The translations under genes were made by a program, and so were the position numbers. The notes under the pieces are model-generated. The model was not told where the DNA came from, did not search any database, and worked only from the letters and a program-made list of their open reading frames with translations. A DNA stretch of 63,854 nucleotides, counting the filler, from Octopus bimaculoides (Eukaryota): NCBI RefSeq assembly GCF_001194135.2. It is 8 parts of 6 records of this genome, joined end to end, with 100 filler letters (N's around TTAATTAATTAA, not from the genome) between each part and the next. Parts side by side here need not be neighbours in the genome. Positions count along the whole stretch, not along the records: positions 43,062 to 52,726 come from NC_069000.1; positions 52,827 to 58,077 come from NC_068999.1; positions 58,178 to 60,383 come from NC_068987.1; positions 60,484 to 63,854 come from NC_068999.1; 4 more parts are not named here. The stretch is one strand, 5' to 3'. Each line of letters opens with the position of its first letter. The first letter of the stretch is position 1. Positions 49,205-63,274 of the stretch are shown piece after piece.

Positions 49205-50254
49205 GTGTGTGTGTTGTGTGTGTTGTGTGTGTGCTGTGTGTGTTGAATACTGTTTGCATGTGCGTATATGTGTGAGTGTTCTGTTAGCTGTATGTNNNNN
49301 NNNNNNNNNNNNNNNNNNNNNNNNNNNNNNNNNNNNNNNNNNNNNNNNNNNNNNNNNNNNNNNNNNNNNNNNNNNNNNNNNNNNNNNNNNNNNNNNNNNN
49401 NNNNNNNNNNNNNNNNNNNNNNNNNNNNNNNNNNNNNNNNNNNNNNNNNNNNNNNNNNNNNNNNNNNNNNNNNNNNNNNNNNNNNNNNNNNNNNNNNNNN
49501 NNNNNNNNNNNNNNNNNNNNNNNNNNNNNNNNNNNNNNNNNNNNNNNNNNNNNNNNNNNNNNNNNNNNNNNNNNNNNNNNNNNNNNNNNNNNNNNNNNNN
49601 NNNNNNNNNNNNNNNNNNNNNNNNNNNNNNNNNNNNNNNNNNNNNNNNNNNNNNNNNNNNNNNNNNNNNNNNNNNNNNNNNNNNNNNNNNNNNNNNNNNN
49701 NNNNNNNNNNNNNNNNNNNNNNNNNNNNNNNNNNNNNNNNNNNNNNNNNNNNNNNNNNNNNNNNNNNNNNNNNNNNNNNNNNNNNNNNNNNNNNNNNNNN
49801 NNNNNNNNNNNNNNNNNNNNNNNNNNNNNNNNNNNNNNNNNNNNNNNNNNNNNNNNNNNNNNNNNNNNNNNNNNNNNNNNNNNNNNNNNNNNNNNNNNNN
49901 NNNNNNNNNNNNNNNNNNNNNNNNNNNNNNNNNNNNNNNNNNNNNNNNNNNNNNNNNNNNNNNNNNNNNNNNNNNNNNNNNNNNNNNNNNNNNNNNNNNN
50001 NNNNNNNNNNNNNNNNNNNNNNNNNNNNNNNNNNNNNNNNNNNNNNNNNNNNNNNNNNNNNNNNNNNNNNNNNNNNNNNNNNNNNNNNNNNNNNNNNNNN
50101 NNNNNNNNNNNNNNNNNNNNNNNNNNNNNNNNNNNNNNNNNNNNNNNNNNNNNNNNNNNNNNNNNNNNNNNNNNNNNNNNNNNNNNNNNNNNNNNNNNNN
50201 NNNNNNNNNNNNNNNNNNNNNNNNNNNNNNNNNNNNNNNNNNNNNTATATATAC

Positions 50255-50285
<31 letters not shown>

Positions 50286-51689
50286 CATATATATACTTAT
50301 ATATACATATATATATATATATGCATATATATACGTAAATATATAAATATACGTATATATATATATATATATATGCACACATACATGCATATATACATAA
50401 ATATTACATAGTTAGATAGCCAGACAGACAGATAGACTGACAGCTGTCTAAAAAGATACATGTATACATATACACGTGTATACGCACACGTGTGTATGTG
50501 TATATGTATATAATATATATATACATAAATGTGTGTTTTATGGGAATACATATGCATATATATATGTATATGTACACACACGCACGCACGCACACACACT
50601 CACAGACACACACACATAGACACACACACACACACACACATATGCGCTATAATATCAAAATGGCGCAATCCATCAAACTATATCCTCCGCTTAACTATAT
50701 GACTCATACCTTATAATATTCTATTTCTGGGCAAACTTTCTCCCGTATCTAACTCCCTTAGTCCTGGATGAGTTCTAAACTAGCTTATCTTTGACCAATG
50801 ACGTTCCAGTAGTGACCATCCCATCTTCGATGAATTCCCCTTGCTACAGTTGTTGTTGTTGTTGCTGTTGTAACTTAACCCAGGCCATAACGACAATAAT
50901 TTGCCGCCATCTTCCATGGACACGTAATACTTCTCTTTAACAGCAGGCATTAAGCCCTGCTGTTGAAACTCCATCCGCGGCCACCCCAAGTTTTGTACCC
51001 AATTGTGACCATTCCTCCTTATGTGTTTGTTTTCACCTAAGTCTACCTTGATCCACACTATCCAATGTGTTATTCAGACTCAATTTTCCTGAGTTTTTTC
51101 TTTCTTATTTTTTATCTTCTCTTTCCTTTTTTCTTTTTTCTAAAGCGATGAGAGAAATGATTTTAGAAAATTTTGACTGGTATTTCTAGCATATGAAGAG
51201 ACCACATCAAGACTTTTTTTTTTGACTCGATATTGTTTAAGGTCGTCGCCCCTTCCCTTTTGTTTATTTATTTATTTATTTCATTTGAGAATCTTCGCTA
51301 TTCACAAATAATTACCATGGAAACTAGAATAAACAGTCTTTTTCCTTCTTTCTTTCTTTCTTTCTTTCTGTACAATCGTCCTCCACCGCCACCGCCTGCC
51401 CCTTCTCCTCACATAATCCTACATTTTCACCTTTCGCCTCGGGTCTCGGATCACAGACTTTCTTAAGTTCTTCCAGTGACGTCCCTATTTTACATTCATA
51501 AGAACGGAACAGCCAATGCGAGGAATGTTGGTGTGTGGAGGAGGCGGGAGTGGTGGATGGTGAGGTGGTGGGGGTGAAGGGTTACGGAGGAAGTGGTTGC
51601 GGGGGAGTTGGGGTGAGGTGGGGTGGAGGTGTACTGGTTGAGTGCTTGATGTAACACAGTTGGTGTTTTTCAAGCGTGTGTAAGCAAGG

Positions 51690-51764
<75 letters not shown>

Positions 51765-51787
51765 AAAATGAAAGGAAGAAAGAAAGA

Positions 51788-51823
<36 letters not shown>

Positions 51824-52127
51824 TGCAAAGAAAGAAAGAAATGCAAAGAAAGAAATAAAGAAGAAGAAAATAAAGATAAGAAATAAATAAGAAATATTTA
51901 CGACGAAAGAAAGGAATGGAAAACACTTACAAAGAAGAAAAAGAGAAGAAAAGGATGAAAGAAAAGTAAAGAGGAAAGGAAGAGAAAGAAAGGGAAAGAA
52001 AAAAGCTAGGGCAGCCATCTTTTACAAAAATAGAAACACTGTCTTTAAGAAAACAGCAAAGCGGAAGCTGACAAGAGGAACGGAAATATACAACAACCAG
52101 CAACATCAGCACCAGCGACGGCAGTAG

Positions 52128-52184
<57 letters not shown>

Positions 52185-52685
52185 ACAGTAACTCCAGCTT
52201 CTGTGATCGCCACACAATGCATGCGACATGATCACTGAATAAAGACTCAAAAGCCGTTTTGTTGCTACAATGAAGCGTCTCTGAAGAGATTCATATCATA
52301 TCTACGCGCATAACTGTACACATAGATATAGGTGTGCATATACATTCACACATGTGTATATGTGTGTGTATATATATATATATATGTATATATAGTTCAA
52401 AAAAGGAAAAAGACAAAATATATATGCGTGCGTATATTTGGGAATATTTTGTATGTCTGTGCGCGTGTATATATTTATATATATTCTTTTATTCTTTTAT
52501 TTGCTTCACTCATTTGACTGTTGCCATACTGGAGCACCGCCTTGAAGGGTTTTAGCTTGGTACTTACTCTGTCAGTCTATTTGCCGGACCGCTAGGTTAC
52601 GGCTGCGTAAACACACACACAGCGGTTGTCAAGCGGTAAAGGGATGACAAACACAGACACAAAGACACGCACATACACACATAGG

Positions 52686-52726
<41 letters not shown>

Positions 52727-53286
52727 NNNNNNNNNNNNNNNNNNNNNNNNNNNNNNNNNNNNNNNNNNNNTTAATTAATTAANNNNNNNNNNNNNNNNNN
52801 NNNNNNNNNNNNNNNNNNNNNNNNNNAACTATTCCTGCTTTCAAAGACCTTGTTCTTTGTTTACCTCACGCTCTCTTCAGGAATGAAAGAAAACGAATTG
52901 ACGAGTTGACGGCTTTGGCGAATAAATAACTTCGAAATCCATGGGTGTGTCTGTATGTGTGTGTGTATATGTGTCTACGTGTGTACATACGTATACATAA
53001 TACACACACACGCACGCACACACACACACACACACTCACACTCACACACATATACTCACATTGGTACACACAAATATGTGTATATATATATATACATATA
53101 TATATATATAGTAGAGAGAAAGATATGTATATATATATATATATGTATGTATGTATGTATATACATTTACGCACACTCCACGCACGCATATATATATATA
53201 TGAGAAAGCAGCTAGGATACACACACACACACCTTTTTATAAATTTTCGTGTGTGTGTATATATATGTACACACNNNNNNNNNNNN

Positions 53287-53328
<42 letters not shown>

Positions 53329-54679
53329 CGAAAATTTATAAAACGGTGTATATATATTTATTATGTACTGATATGTTGATATCTAGTATACATACGTATG
53401 CATATATGTGTGTGCATGTATCCGTATCTGTCCGTCTCTCTGTTTGTCTGTCTGTCCGTCTGTCTGTTTGTCTGTCTTTATGTATGTATGTATGTATGTA
53501 TGTATGTATGTATATGTGTGTGTGTGTACGTATGTATGTCTATCTGTTGTATATGTGTATGTATGTGTAAATAAGAACCAATAATAAAACTAGCTGTTTT
53601 GGCCAACACCGTTGCTTTTCTGAAGTAATTTTAATTAAATGTAATAATTGAAAATTGCTTGATTTTCCTGTGAATGGCGCTGTCGTGACCAGCAGCCGTG
53701 TAAATATCAAAATATTTTGATGTCATTTATTTTATCTCTGAATACCAATCGGCTATATGACCGACTCCATCGGAATGAAGTCGTCATACCGGAAGCCAAG
53801 CGTGGACAACCATTTTCGAGAAACGGGGCGGATGATACGTGGATCACCACCAGGCGGGCCGCACTTCTAAAAAAATTTATGCAGGTGTGGCTGTGTGGTA
53901 AAAAGCTTGTTTCTTAAGCACATGGTTCCGCGTTCAGATCCATTGCGTGACAACTTGGTCAAGTTTCTTCTTCTATAGNNNNNNNNNNNNNNNNNNNNNN
54001 NNNNNNNNNNNNNNNNNNNNNNNNNNNNNNNNNNNNNNNNNNNNNNNNNNNNNNNNNNNNNNNNNNNNNNNNNNNNNNNNNNNNNNNNNNNNNNNNNNNN
54101 NNNNNNNNNNNNNNNNNNNNNNNNNNNNNNNNNNNNNNNNNNNNNNNNNNNNNNNNNNNNNNNNNNNNNNNNNNNNNNNNNNNNNNNNNNNNNNNNNNNN
54201 NNNNNNNNNNNNNNNNNNNNNNNNNNNNNNNNNNNNNNNNNNNNNNNNNNNNNNNNNNNNNNNNNNNNNNNNNNNNNNNNNNNNNNNNNNNNNNNNNNNN
54301 NNNNNNNNNNNNNNNNNNNNNNNNNNNNNNNNNNNNNNNNNNNNNNNNNNNNNNNNNNNNNNNNNNNNNNNNNNNNNNNNNNNNNNNNNNNNNNNNNNNN
54401 NNNNNNNNNNNNNNNNNNNNNNNNNNNNNNNNNNNNNNNNNNNNNNNNNNNNNNNNNNNNNNNNNNNNNNNNNNNNNNNNNNNNNNNNNNNNNNNNNNNN
54501 NNNNNNNNNNNNNNNNNNNNNNNNNNNNNNNNNNNNNNNNNNNNNNNNNNNNNNNNNNNNNNNNNNNNNNNNNNNNNNNNNNNNNNNNNNNNNNNNNNNN
54601 NNNNNNNNNNNNNNNNNNNNNNNNNNNNNNNNCCTTCAGTGCGCTTTCCACGTCCGCCTGACTAGCCATCTCTGGCAGC

Positions 54680-54884
54680 TTTGTGCTTATCGAAAACAAG
54701 GACAGACAAAGGGATTAAGTCGATTACATCGACCCCAGTGCGTAACTGGTACCTAATTTATCGACCCCGAAAGGATGAAAGGCAAAGTCGACCTCGGCGG
54801 AATTTGAACTCAGAATGCAAAAACAGACGAAATACCGCTAAGCATTTCGCCCGGCGTGCTAACGTTTCTGCCAGCTCGCCGCAT
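54680..54884 (-). mobile_element. SINE family B (tRNA-like head GGCGAGCTGGCAGAAACGTTAGC...GAGTTCAAATTCCGCCGAGGTCGAC), representative copy
   Basis: Homologous copies at about 1005-1218, 1238-1428, 8161-8382, 25228-25464, 27985-28176, 28190-28382 and 38715-38934 (all -), and 22307-22524 (+). Confidence 0.85.
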
Positions 54885-55504
54885 TAAAGACATCCTGAAT
54901 ATCATTTTAGCAACTTTAAAGTGATTTCATTTGTGTCGTAAACCATTTACCATTTCTGTGGTGCCCCATTCCTTCCCTTGATGCTCTAAGCACGTCCTTA
55001 TTTCGCTTAACGGTTAATCCAGCACTGGCCAGGAGGAATCTCATAAAGGATTAGAAACAGAATGACAACAGAAAGACAACGAAACGTGTTGCTTGGCTGG
55101 TGTAGAAACAGCAAGTTTAGTTAGAACAAGGAGAATAGCGACCTAACACAATTTCTAAACTGCCTACTCCGTGGGTGGTGTTGATGTATCTTTGACTCAC
55201 GATAAATGGTGTGTTTGTGCGACGAGCGATAGCAATAAACAATGATATCATGTGTGACATTTCCATATAAATAGCGATGTATATTCCTTCGTTGCAATGG
55301 TTAAAAACTGCAACGGCCATTCAGTTATGTGATCAGATTATTATCATCAAGTTTCCAATTTATCTCAAACAGTAAGAACGGTAAACGATTCCTCGTGAAG
55401 AAAATGATCGGTTCGATATCAACTTCCAAATATAGGAATATAGTTTTCAAAAATGGATTTAGTTGTTTTGGTGTTGGCTTTTTTTTGTTTTGTTTTTCTT
55501 TATG

Positions 55505-55550
<46 letters not shown>

Positions 55551-55712
55551 NNNNNNNNNNNNNNNNNNNNNNNNNNNNNNNNNNNNNNNNNNNNNNNNNN
55601 NNNNNNNNNNNNNNNNNNNNNNNNNNNNNNNNNNNNNNNNNNNNNNNNNNNNNNNNNNNNNNNNNNNNNNNNNNNNNNNNNNNNNNNNNNNNNNNNNNNN
55701 NNNNNNNNNNNN

Positions 55713-55751
<39 letters not shown>

Positions 55752-55755
<4 letters not shown>

Positions 55756-56430
55756 ACATATAGATTACTATAATAGATATATTGATGGAACAAACACACA
55801 CATGTATCAACGTATATTGATGGAAGACACACACTCATACATAGACACACACACAAACACACACATCACCATATGCTGATGGAACACACACACACATACA
55901 TACACACGCACACATATATATCAACATATAGATTAATATAATAGATACATTGATGGAACAAGCATACACGCACACATATACACACACACATACACACGCA
56001 CATACACACACACATATGTAATAATTGATGAAGGAAACGGAGGATAGAGATACATGCCAATCTATGATATTAATATAACATAGATTTGCAGAACACACAC
56101 ATATATGGACACAGACACATACCAATATATAGAGTTAATATAACAGATATATTGATGAAGCACATACACATACACACACATATCAGCATGAAGGATTAAT
56201 ATGGTAGTTCTATTCATGGAAGACACACGTACACACACGCATACACCTACGTATCAACATATAAGCTTAGGTACACACACACAGACATACACTACTCACG
56301 AACATATAGGATTAAGATAACATTTCATGGAAGACATGCACACACACACAAAACCAAACACACACACACACACACACACACACAGCTACGTATCAACACA
56401 TAGGCTTAATATAATAGATACAGTGGTGGA
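55752..56430 (+). repeat. Compound degenerate tandem array: ~40-bp unit TATCAACATATAGATTAATATAATAGATATATTGATGGAA separated by variable (CA)-rich spacers
   Basis: The unit or clear parts of it recur about 7-8 times (for example near 55752, 55920, 56120, 56180, 56250 and 56390). Confidence 0.7.
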
Positions 56431-56644
56431 GTATACGTAAATGCACACAGACACACACGCATTCACACACACACGCATTCACACACACACGCATGCATGC
56501 ATACATACATACATACATACATACACACACACGCGCTCACACATGGACAGTTACAATGCATACGTTTACCGAGCAAATTCTTGTCAGGAAAGTTCTGCGA
56601 TTTACGCTAACACGATTCTCAGTGTCACCTTATCATCACCATTA

Positions 56645-56745
<101 letters not shown>

Positions 56746-57732
56746 TTGAGTGAGAGAGCAGTGCATGCCATCAAAGTGACACTGGGTTAAAATATACGAA
56801 ACCCAGTATACCCATCATGACTAACCGTCTGATAAGGGTACACCAGGCACATGCATCACAACCACATGTGCGTCACATGGTGACCTTATTTCAAGATAAA
56901 CAGCGCATGACCGTATGCCGATATGTGTGACACTTTCGTTACTCAAAGTTTTGGACACGATAGGGAAGTCCCACACTACATTTCTATGCCCATTGTGGTT
57001 TGCCAACAACCAACATATATTTCCTGGTAAGTCTGACGAAGTGAGCAGGCTGAATTTTTGTTACGTAACTTACGTAACTAATGCAGTCTTACTGAAACAC
57101 GTGTAAACTATGAAAAGCCTACGTTTTCTGTGTTCCTTTTCTCTCTCTATAAATATATATATGCATATGTACAGATACATATGTGTGTATGCATATGTAT
57201 ATACAAACACGGTTGCCTCGAAATTTCGACAAACAAGGATTCTGAAACTGTTAATTTAAGTTTAGACAAAAATTTAAAATAATTGTTATTTAAAAAAGTA
57301 GATATTGAAATTTATTTCACGTTATTGATTCCTGAGAGTCACTTATTGCTCTTTATTTGTAATGTAAAGACATCATCCTCCACTTACATGAATGCGTATA
57401 CACACGCAGTCACGCGCACACACACGCGCATATACATATATACATGCATATGTTTATATGTATATAGTGCATATATAGATATATTAGATGTATACATATG
57501 TATACACATGCATATATAAAGTATATGTACATATGCATACATAAGTATACAAACATACATACATACACACAGATATATATATAGACATTGATAAACGTAT
57601 GTGTATATATATGTGTGTATATATATATATNNNNNNNNNNNNNNNNNNNNNNNNNNNNNNNNNNNNNNNNNNNNNNNNNNNNNNNNNNNNNNNNNNNNNN
57701 NNNNNNNNNNNNNNNNNNNNNNNNNNNNNNGA

Positions 57733-57764
<32 letters not shown>

Positions 57765-58806
57765 ATGAATGAAAGGAAGGGTAAAGCGGTTTCATTTTAA
57801 TGGAAATCCCAGGAAGAAAAAGATAATCGATATAAAGAAGACCAAAAAGAGATCAATTATCTGAGGAGACAAGATTATCGAAACCGGTTGGTTTGAAACG
57901 GTGATTAGTTGCCAACGGTTGCGAAGAGGATTATGGCTAACTAAGCAAAAATGGAAATCAGGAATTTCAGAGACCAAAAGAGTTCAACTACATTAAACAT
58001 TCTAGATAAGGTTTCATTTATAAAAGCTTATGTGCTAAACCAGATGTTCTCAACCATGGCCCCCTAGTTGGGAGTGGNNNNNNNNNNNNNNNNNNNNNNN
58101 NNNNNNNNNNNNNNNNNNNNNTTAATTAATTAANNNNNNNNNNNNNNNNNNNNNNNNNNNNNNNNNNNNNNNNNNNNGTGTGTGTGTGTGTGTGTGTGTG
58201 TGCTTGCATTTCAACCACCCTGTACTCTATATTTTATTGTGATCAGTCACGGGATGATGCGTCTGTTGATGATTTGTGTAGATAAAACAGGAAAGTGGGC
58301 TACGTCCTTCCTGAACACCACACATACAGAAGCACGTACATGCATCCGCACGCACACACACACACACACACACAGACGCAGACACAGACACACACACACA
58401 CACGCCCGCGCACGCACGTAGTGCATCCATAGTAATACACATACATACAGATGCCCTTAACTACACTTCCTACGTAAATTCTTATATACGATCCGCTACG
58501 CAGTCGCTCGACGTGCCAGAAATAGCAGTGAAATCTATATCTGACTTAGTGCTACCACTTTTAAGATAGGAAGGATGCGTCGAAACACGAATTAGTGGGA
58601 AACAGAAGAATATGGACATTATTACGATTCCGATGACTACTTCTCCGTTTACTCAAGAATAGCCCTTGGTTAAACAAAAATATTAACTTAAATTTCAAAT
58701 ACAAGAATTAAACAATGATAGAAAGATAAATTCATACAGAGGTAGACGTACTGACCAACATATACGTTGACACATCAAATCTCTTCTCATGCATGTTCAT
58801 AACTAA

Positions 58807-58855
<49 letters not shown>

Positions 58856-59066
58856 CGCAGTTGTGGCTATACGGTAAGAAGCTTGCTTTCAGTTACATGG
58901 TTCCGGGTTCAGTCCCAACGGTGGAACCTTGGGGAAGTGTCTTCCACTATAGCCTCGGGTTTTGTGAGTGGATTTGGTGAAAACTGAAATACTTAACGAA
59001 CACTGTGAAAGTGAACGTGCTTTACCAGTAAGCTACCATGCAATTAATGATCTAATATATATATAT

Positions 59067-59905
59067 AGGCTCAGTAGTGGATGCGTTGTAAGTAGCTTGC
59101 TTACCAACCACATGGTTCCGGGTTCAGTCCCACTGCATGGCATCTTGTGCAAGTGTCTTCTACTATAGCCTCTGGCCGACCAAATCCTTGTGAGTGGATT
59201 TGGTAGACGGAAACTGAAAGAAGCCCGTCGTATATATGTATGTATATGTGTGTCTGCGTTTGTCCCCCCCCCCCCAACGTCGCTTGACAACCGATGCTGG
59301 TGTGTTTACGTCCTTGTAACTTAGCGGTTCGGCAAAACAGACCGATAGAATAAATAGGCTTACAAAGAATAAGTCCCGGGGTCGACTAAAGCGGTGCTCC
59401 AGTATGGCCGCAGTCAAATGACTGAAACGTGTAAAAGAGTAAAAGAGTATATATATATATGTATTATTCTATTACTATTATTCTATTACTATTATTCTAT
59501 TATATGTTTCAGCCCTAAGAATGTGGCCAAGTTGGGGCACCACCAGTGGAATATATATTAATTTATTTATTTCATTTACTTGTTTCAGTCATTTAACTGT
59601 GGCCATACTGGAGCATCATCTTTAGTCGAAGAAATCAACCCTCGTACTTACTCTATCTTTTTCTTTTGCCGAACTGCCAAGTTATGGAGACGTAAACACA
59701 CCAACATTGGTTGTCAAGTGATGGTGGGGGACAGGCACAGACACACACAAATATATACATGCATACATATATACATACATGCACACAAGGATTTGGTCGG
59801 CCCGTGGCTATAGTAGAAGACACTTGCCGAAGGTGCCACGCAGTGGAACTAAACCTAGAACCATGTGGTTGCGAAGCAAGCTTCTTACCACACAGCCACG
59901 TAGCG
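59067..59905. mobile_element. Two near-full SINE family A copies in inverted (tail-to-tail) orientation
   Basis: Plus copy about 59067-59447 and minus copy about 59575-59905, separated by about 130 bp. Confidence 0.8.
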
Positions 59906-60342
59906 CCTATATATATATATGTATATGTGTATATGTGTGTGTGTATGCGTGTATGTGTATGGTGTGTGTGTGTTTGTCTGTGTGTGTCTGTGTTTGTCTC
60001 CACAACCGCTTGACAATCGGTGTTGGTGTGTTTACGTCCCCGTAGTTAGCTGTTCGGTAAAATGAACGATAGAATAAGTACCAGACTTAAGAAAAAGACA
60101 AACAAAAACAAACTAGGATCGATTCTTTCGACTACAAATTCTTCAAGACGGTGCTCCAGCATGGCCTCACTGTAATGACTAAACAAGTAAAAGAAGATAT
60201 ATTTAATCTGTTCTAGTTATTACTTTCATTCTCCCATGTAATAAAGAACATGTATCATTTGTTACAATAAAGAATATGGACTTTATTACCAATTTTTAAT
60301 GCCTACTGTTCCTTTCACCCACCCTGTATATATATATATGTA

Positions 60343-60383
<41 letters not shown>

Positions 60384-63163
60384 NNNNNNNNNNNNNNNNN
60401 NNNNNNNNNNNNNNNNNNNNNNNNNNNTTAATTAATTAANNNNNNNNNNNNNNNNNNNNNNNNNNNNNNNNNNNNNNNNNNNNGTGTGAAGCCATGTTAG
60501 AAAATGGACTTGGTTAGTTCTCCACAGTAAACTGCAGTTTACATCGTTCCCTTTCTGTCTTTCTCTTTTCTGTACATCACTTTTTTATTGATATTTATCA
60601 TTCTCTTTCTATCATCATCTTGATTTGCCATCAATTGTGTTCTTCCTCATCAACTAACATTACCAGCCACTTCTATACTACTAGCTGCCATTCATCTCCA
60701 AGCTGACTCATTTCTCATACCCCTTGATCTCTCTTACCACTGACCATTTCTATGGCAATCCTTCACTCACTCTCCCTTTTTCTTCTATATTGTCCCTCCG
60801 CAGTTACTACCATTCCCCGTTACTCCTCTCTCACTGTCTTTCTCACTTCTCATTCTTCAGCACCATCCCACGCATCACTGTTTTCCTTGTCATACTCTCT
60901 TTTCTTTCTCACCTTTACCTTAGTCCAATACTTCGTTGTTGGTCACATTACCCTGAATGAACATAGACAATGTACAATGGTGTGGAATTCTTTAAGTTTT
61001 GCAATTGCAAAGCAAAATCACTTGTGCTGGTGCCATGATAAAATGTTCCTAATACATTCTGCAAAGTAGTTGGTGGAGACATTGGTTTGGGAAGACTCTT
61101 TAGTTCCATTAAGAATATGATGGCCTCTCTCTTCCTGGTGTTATGGTAAAATGTTCTCAGTGTGTTCTATGCCAGCATAGAAAGTAGATGTAAATTGGTG
61201 TAAATTGTTGAAAATGATGGTGATGATGCAAATTTTATGCACAAATTTCATTGGTCAATTGTAAGTATGGTACTACACAATGGAACTGAATCCAATTGGC
61301 TATCAAGAACATTCCTTACCACACAGCCTTGCCTGCATGTTATGTGTTTCACTGTTTTCTCCATACTAGCTATGAATATTTCCTACTGTTCATCACTTAT
61401 GTATGAATTTAGGGTGGAACCTGTTGTAAAATAGTTACACTAAGACAAATAGACTAAAGTACTTTTTGCAATGCCTGTACAAAGATCTGAATTCTTATTC
61501 AACCATTTGTGGTCCTACACCATACAGACATGGTGACTGTAACCATTTATTATTCAAAAGTAAGCAGAAAGTTTGTCAGATTTTTATGCATTGTAANNNN
61601 NNNNNNNNNNNNNNNNNNNNNNNNNNNNNNNNNNNNNNNNNNNNNNNNNNNNNNNNNNNNNNNNNNNNNNNNNNNNNNNNNNNNNNNNNNNNNNNNNNNN
61701 NNNNNNNNNNNNNNNNNNNNNNNNNNNNNNNNNNNNNNNNNNNNNNNNNNNNNNNNNNNNNNNNNNNNNNNNNNNNNNNNNNNNNNNNNNNNNNNNNNNN
61801 NNNNNNNNNNNNNNNNNNNNNNNNNNNNNNNNNNNNNNNNNNNNNNNNNNNNNNNNNNNNNNNNNNNNNNNNNNNNNNNNNNNNNNNNNNNNNNNNNNNN
61901 NNNNNNNNNNNNNNNNNNNNNNNNNNNNNNNNNNNNNNNNNNNNNNNNNNNNNNNNNNNNNNNNNNNNNNNNNNNNNNNNNNNNNNNNNNNNNNNNNNNN
62001 NNNNNNNNNNNNNNNNNNNNNNNNNNNNNNNNNNNNNNNNNNNNNNNNNNNNNNNNNNNNNNNNNNNNNNNNNNNNNNNNNNNNNNNNNNNNNNNNNNNN
62101 NNNNNNNNNNNNNNNNNNNNNNNNNNNNNNNNNNNNNNNNNNNNNNNNNNNNNNNNNNNNNNNNNNNNNNNNNNNNNNNNNNNNNNNNNNNNNNNNNNNN
62201 NNNNNNNNNNNNNNNNNNNNNNNNNNNNNNNNNNNNNNNNNNNNNNNNNNNNNNNNNNNNNNNNNNNNNNNNNNNNNNNNNNNNNNNNNNNNNNNNNNNN
62301 NNNNNNNNNNNNNNNNNNNNNNNNNNNNNNNNNNNNNNNNNNNNNNNNNNNNNNNNNNNNNNNNNNNNNNNNNNNNNNNNNNNNNNNNNNNNNNNNNNNN
62401 NNNNNNNNNNNNNNNNNNNNNNNNNNNNNNNNNNNNNNNNNNNNNNNNNNNNNNNNNNNNNNNNNNNNNNNNNNNNNNNNNNNNNNNNNNNNNNNNNNNN
62501 NNNNNNNNNNNNNNNNNNNNNNNNNNNNNNNNNNNNNNNNNNNNNNNNNNNNNNNNNTACCATCACATTTACCTTCCATAGAATAACAGTATTGAACTTC
62601 AAACCACCACATTGTTTGACTCAGGACTTCTGCTTTGTCAAATAGATGAAGTGTGAAAAAGCACATTTAACAAACAGTGAACACACCTGTTGTTTACTGT
62701 CAAGGAATTGCTGGAGCTGTCACAACCTCAATTGTTAGGCAGTTACAGAGGATGCATGCAATATAAGCATTCACTACCACTGACCAATCTCTCAGGAATA
62801 GCATTCTCTTGGTCCATTTCTGGGTGAGACAGGGCACCCTGCTCATCATCTCATCCCAGTGATGGTTGAAGAGTCAGTGCATGAGGAAAAAGTGAGAAGG
62901 GACAACCTTGATAGCTGATAGTTAAGTATCAGGCTAAGCCACATATTTGGGTGGAGTATACTTGATTTAATCAATACTTAGTTCTCAACCCTGAAGTATG
63001 AAAGTCAAAGTTGTTTGTGGTGGCATCTGGTGAGTGAAGAAATCCATGTAAGTATTTAAAAATGTATATTTAAAAAGAGAAAAATAGGAATTATCTCAAT
63101 ACCTTACTGAAAACAATTATGTTGCAATACTTTATATATTTATTATCTTTATTAATTCTTCAG

Positions 63164-63274
63164 GTGTACTGGATCTCAGGATTTTTTTTCCCACAAGCCT
63201 TCCTTACTGGAACTCTGCAGAACTTTGCACGCAGAGCACACATTTCCATTGATACGATCTCTTTTAAATTTGAG
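63164..63274 (+). CDS. DNAH1: Axonemal dynein heavy chain exon, C-terminal domain, DNAH1-like: [37 protein letters not shown]
   Basis: Acceptor attaattcttcag and donor GAG|GTATTG; 111 nt, phase 0 to 0. Nearly identical to the DNAH1 motif as I recall it ([36 protein letters not shown]). The family call is secure; the paralogue call is from memory. Confidence 0.88.

Noticed and set aside
53750-53850. Minus-strand peptide KWLSTLGFRYDDFIPME resembling QCR7/UQCRB
   Set aside because: Short, followed closely by a stop, without usable splice sites; likely chance.
55752-56430. CRISPR array
   Set aside because: Repeats are degenerate, spacers are low-complexity and unequal, there are no cas genes, and the context is a eukaryotic intron-like region.
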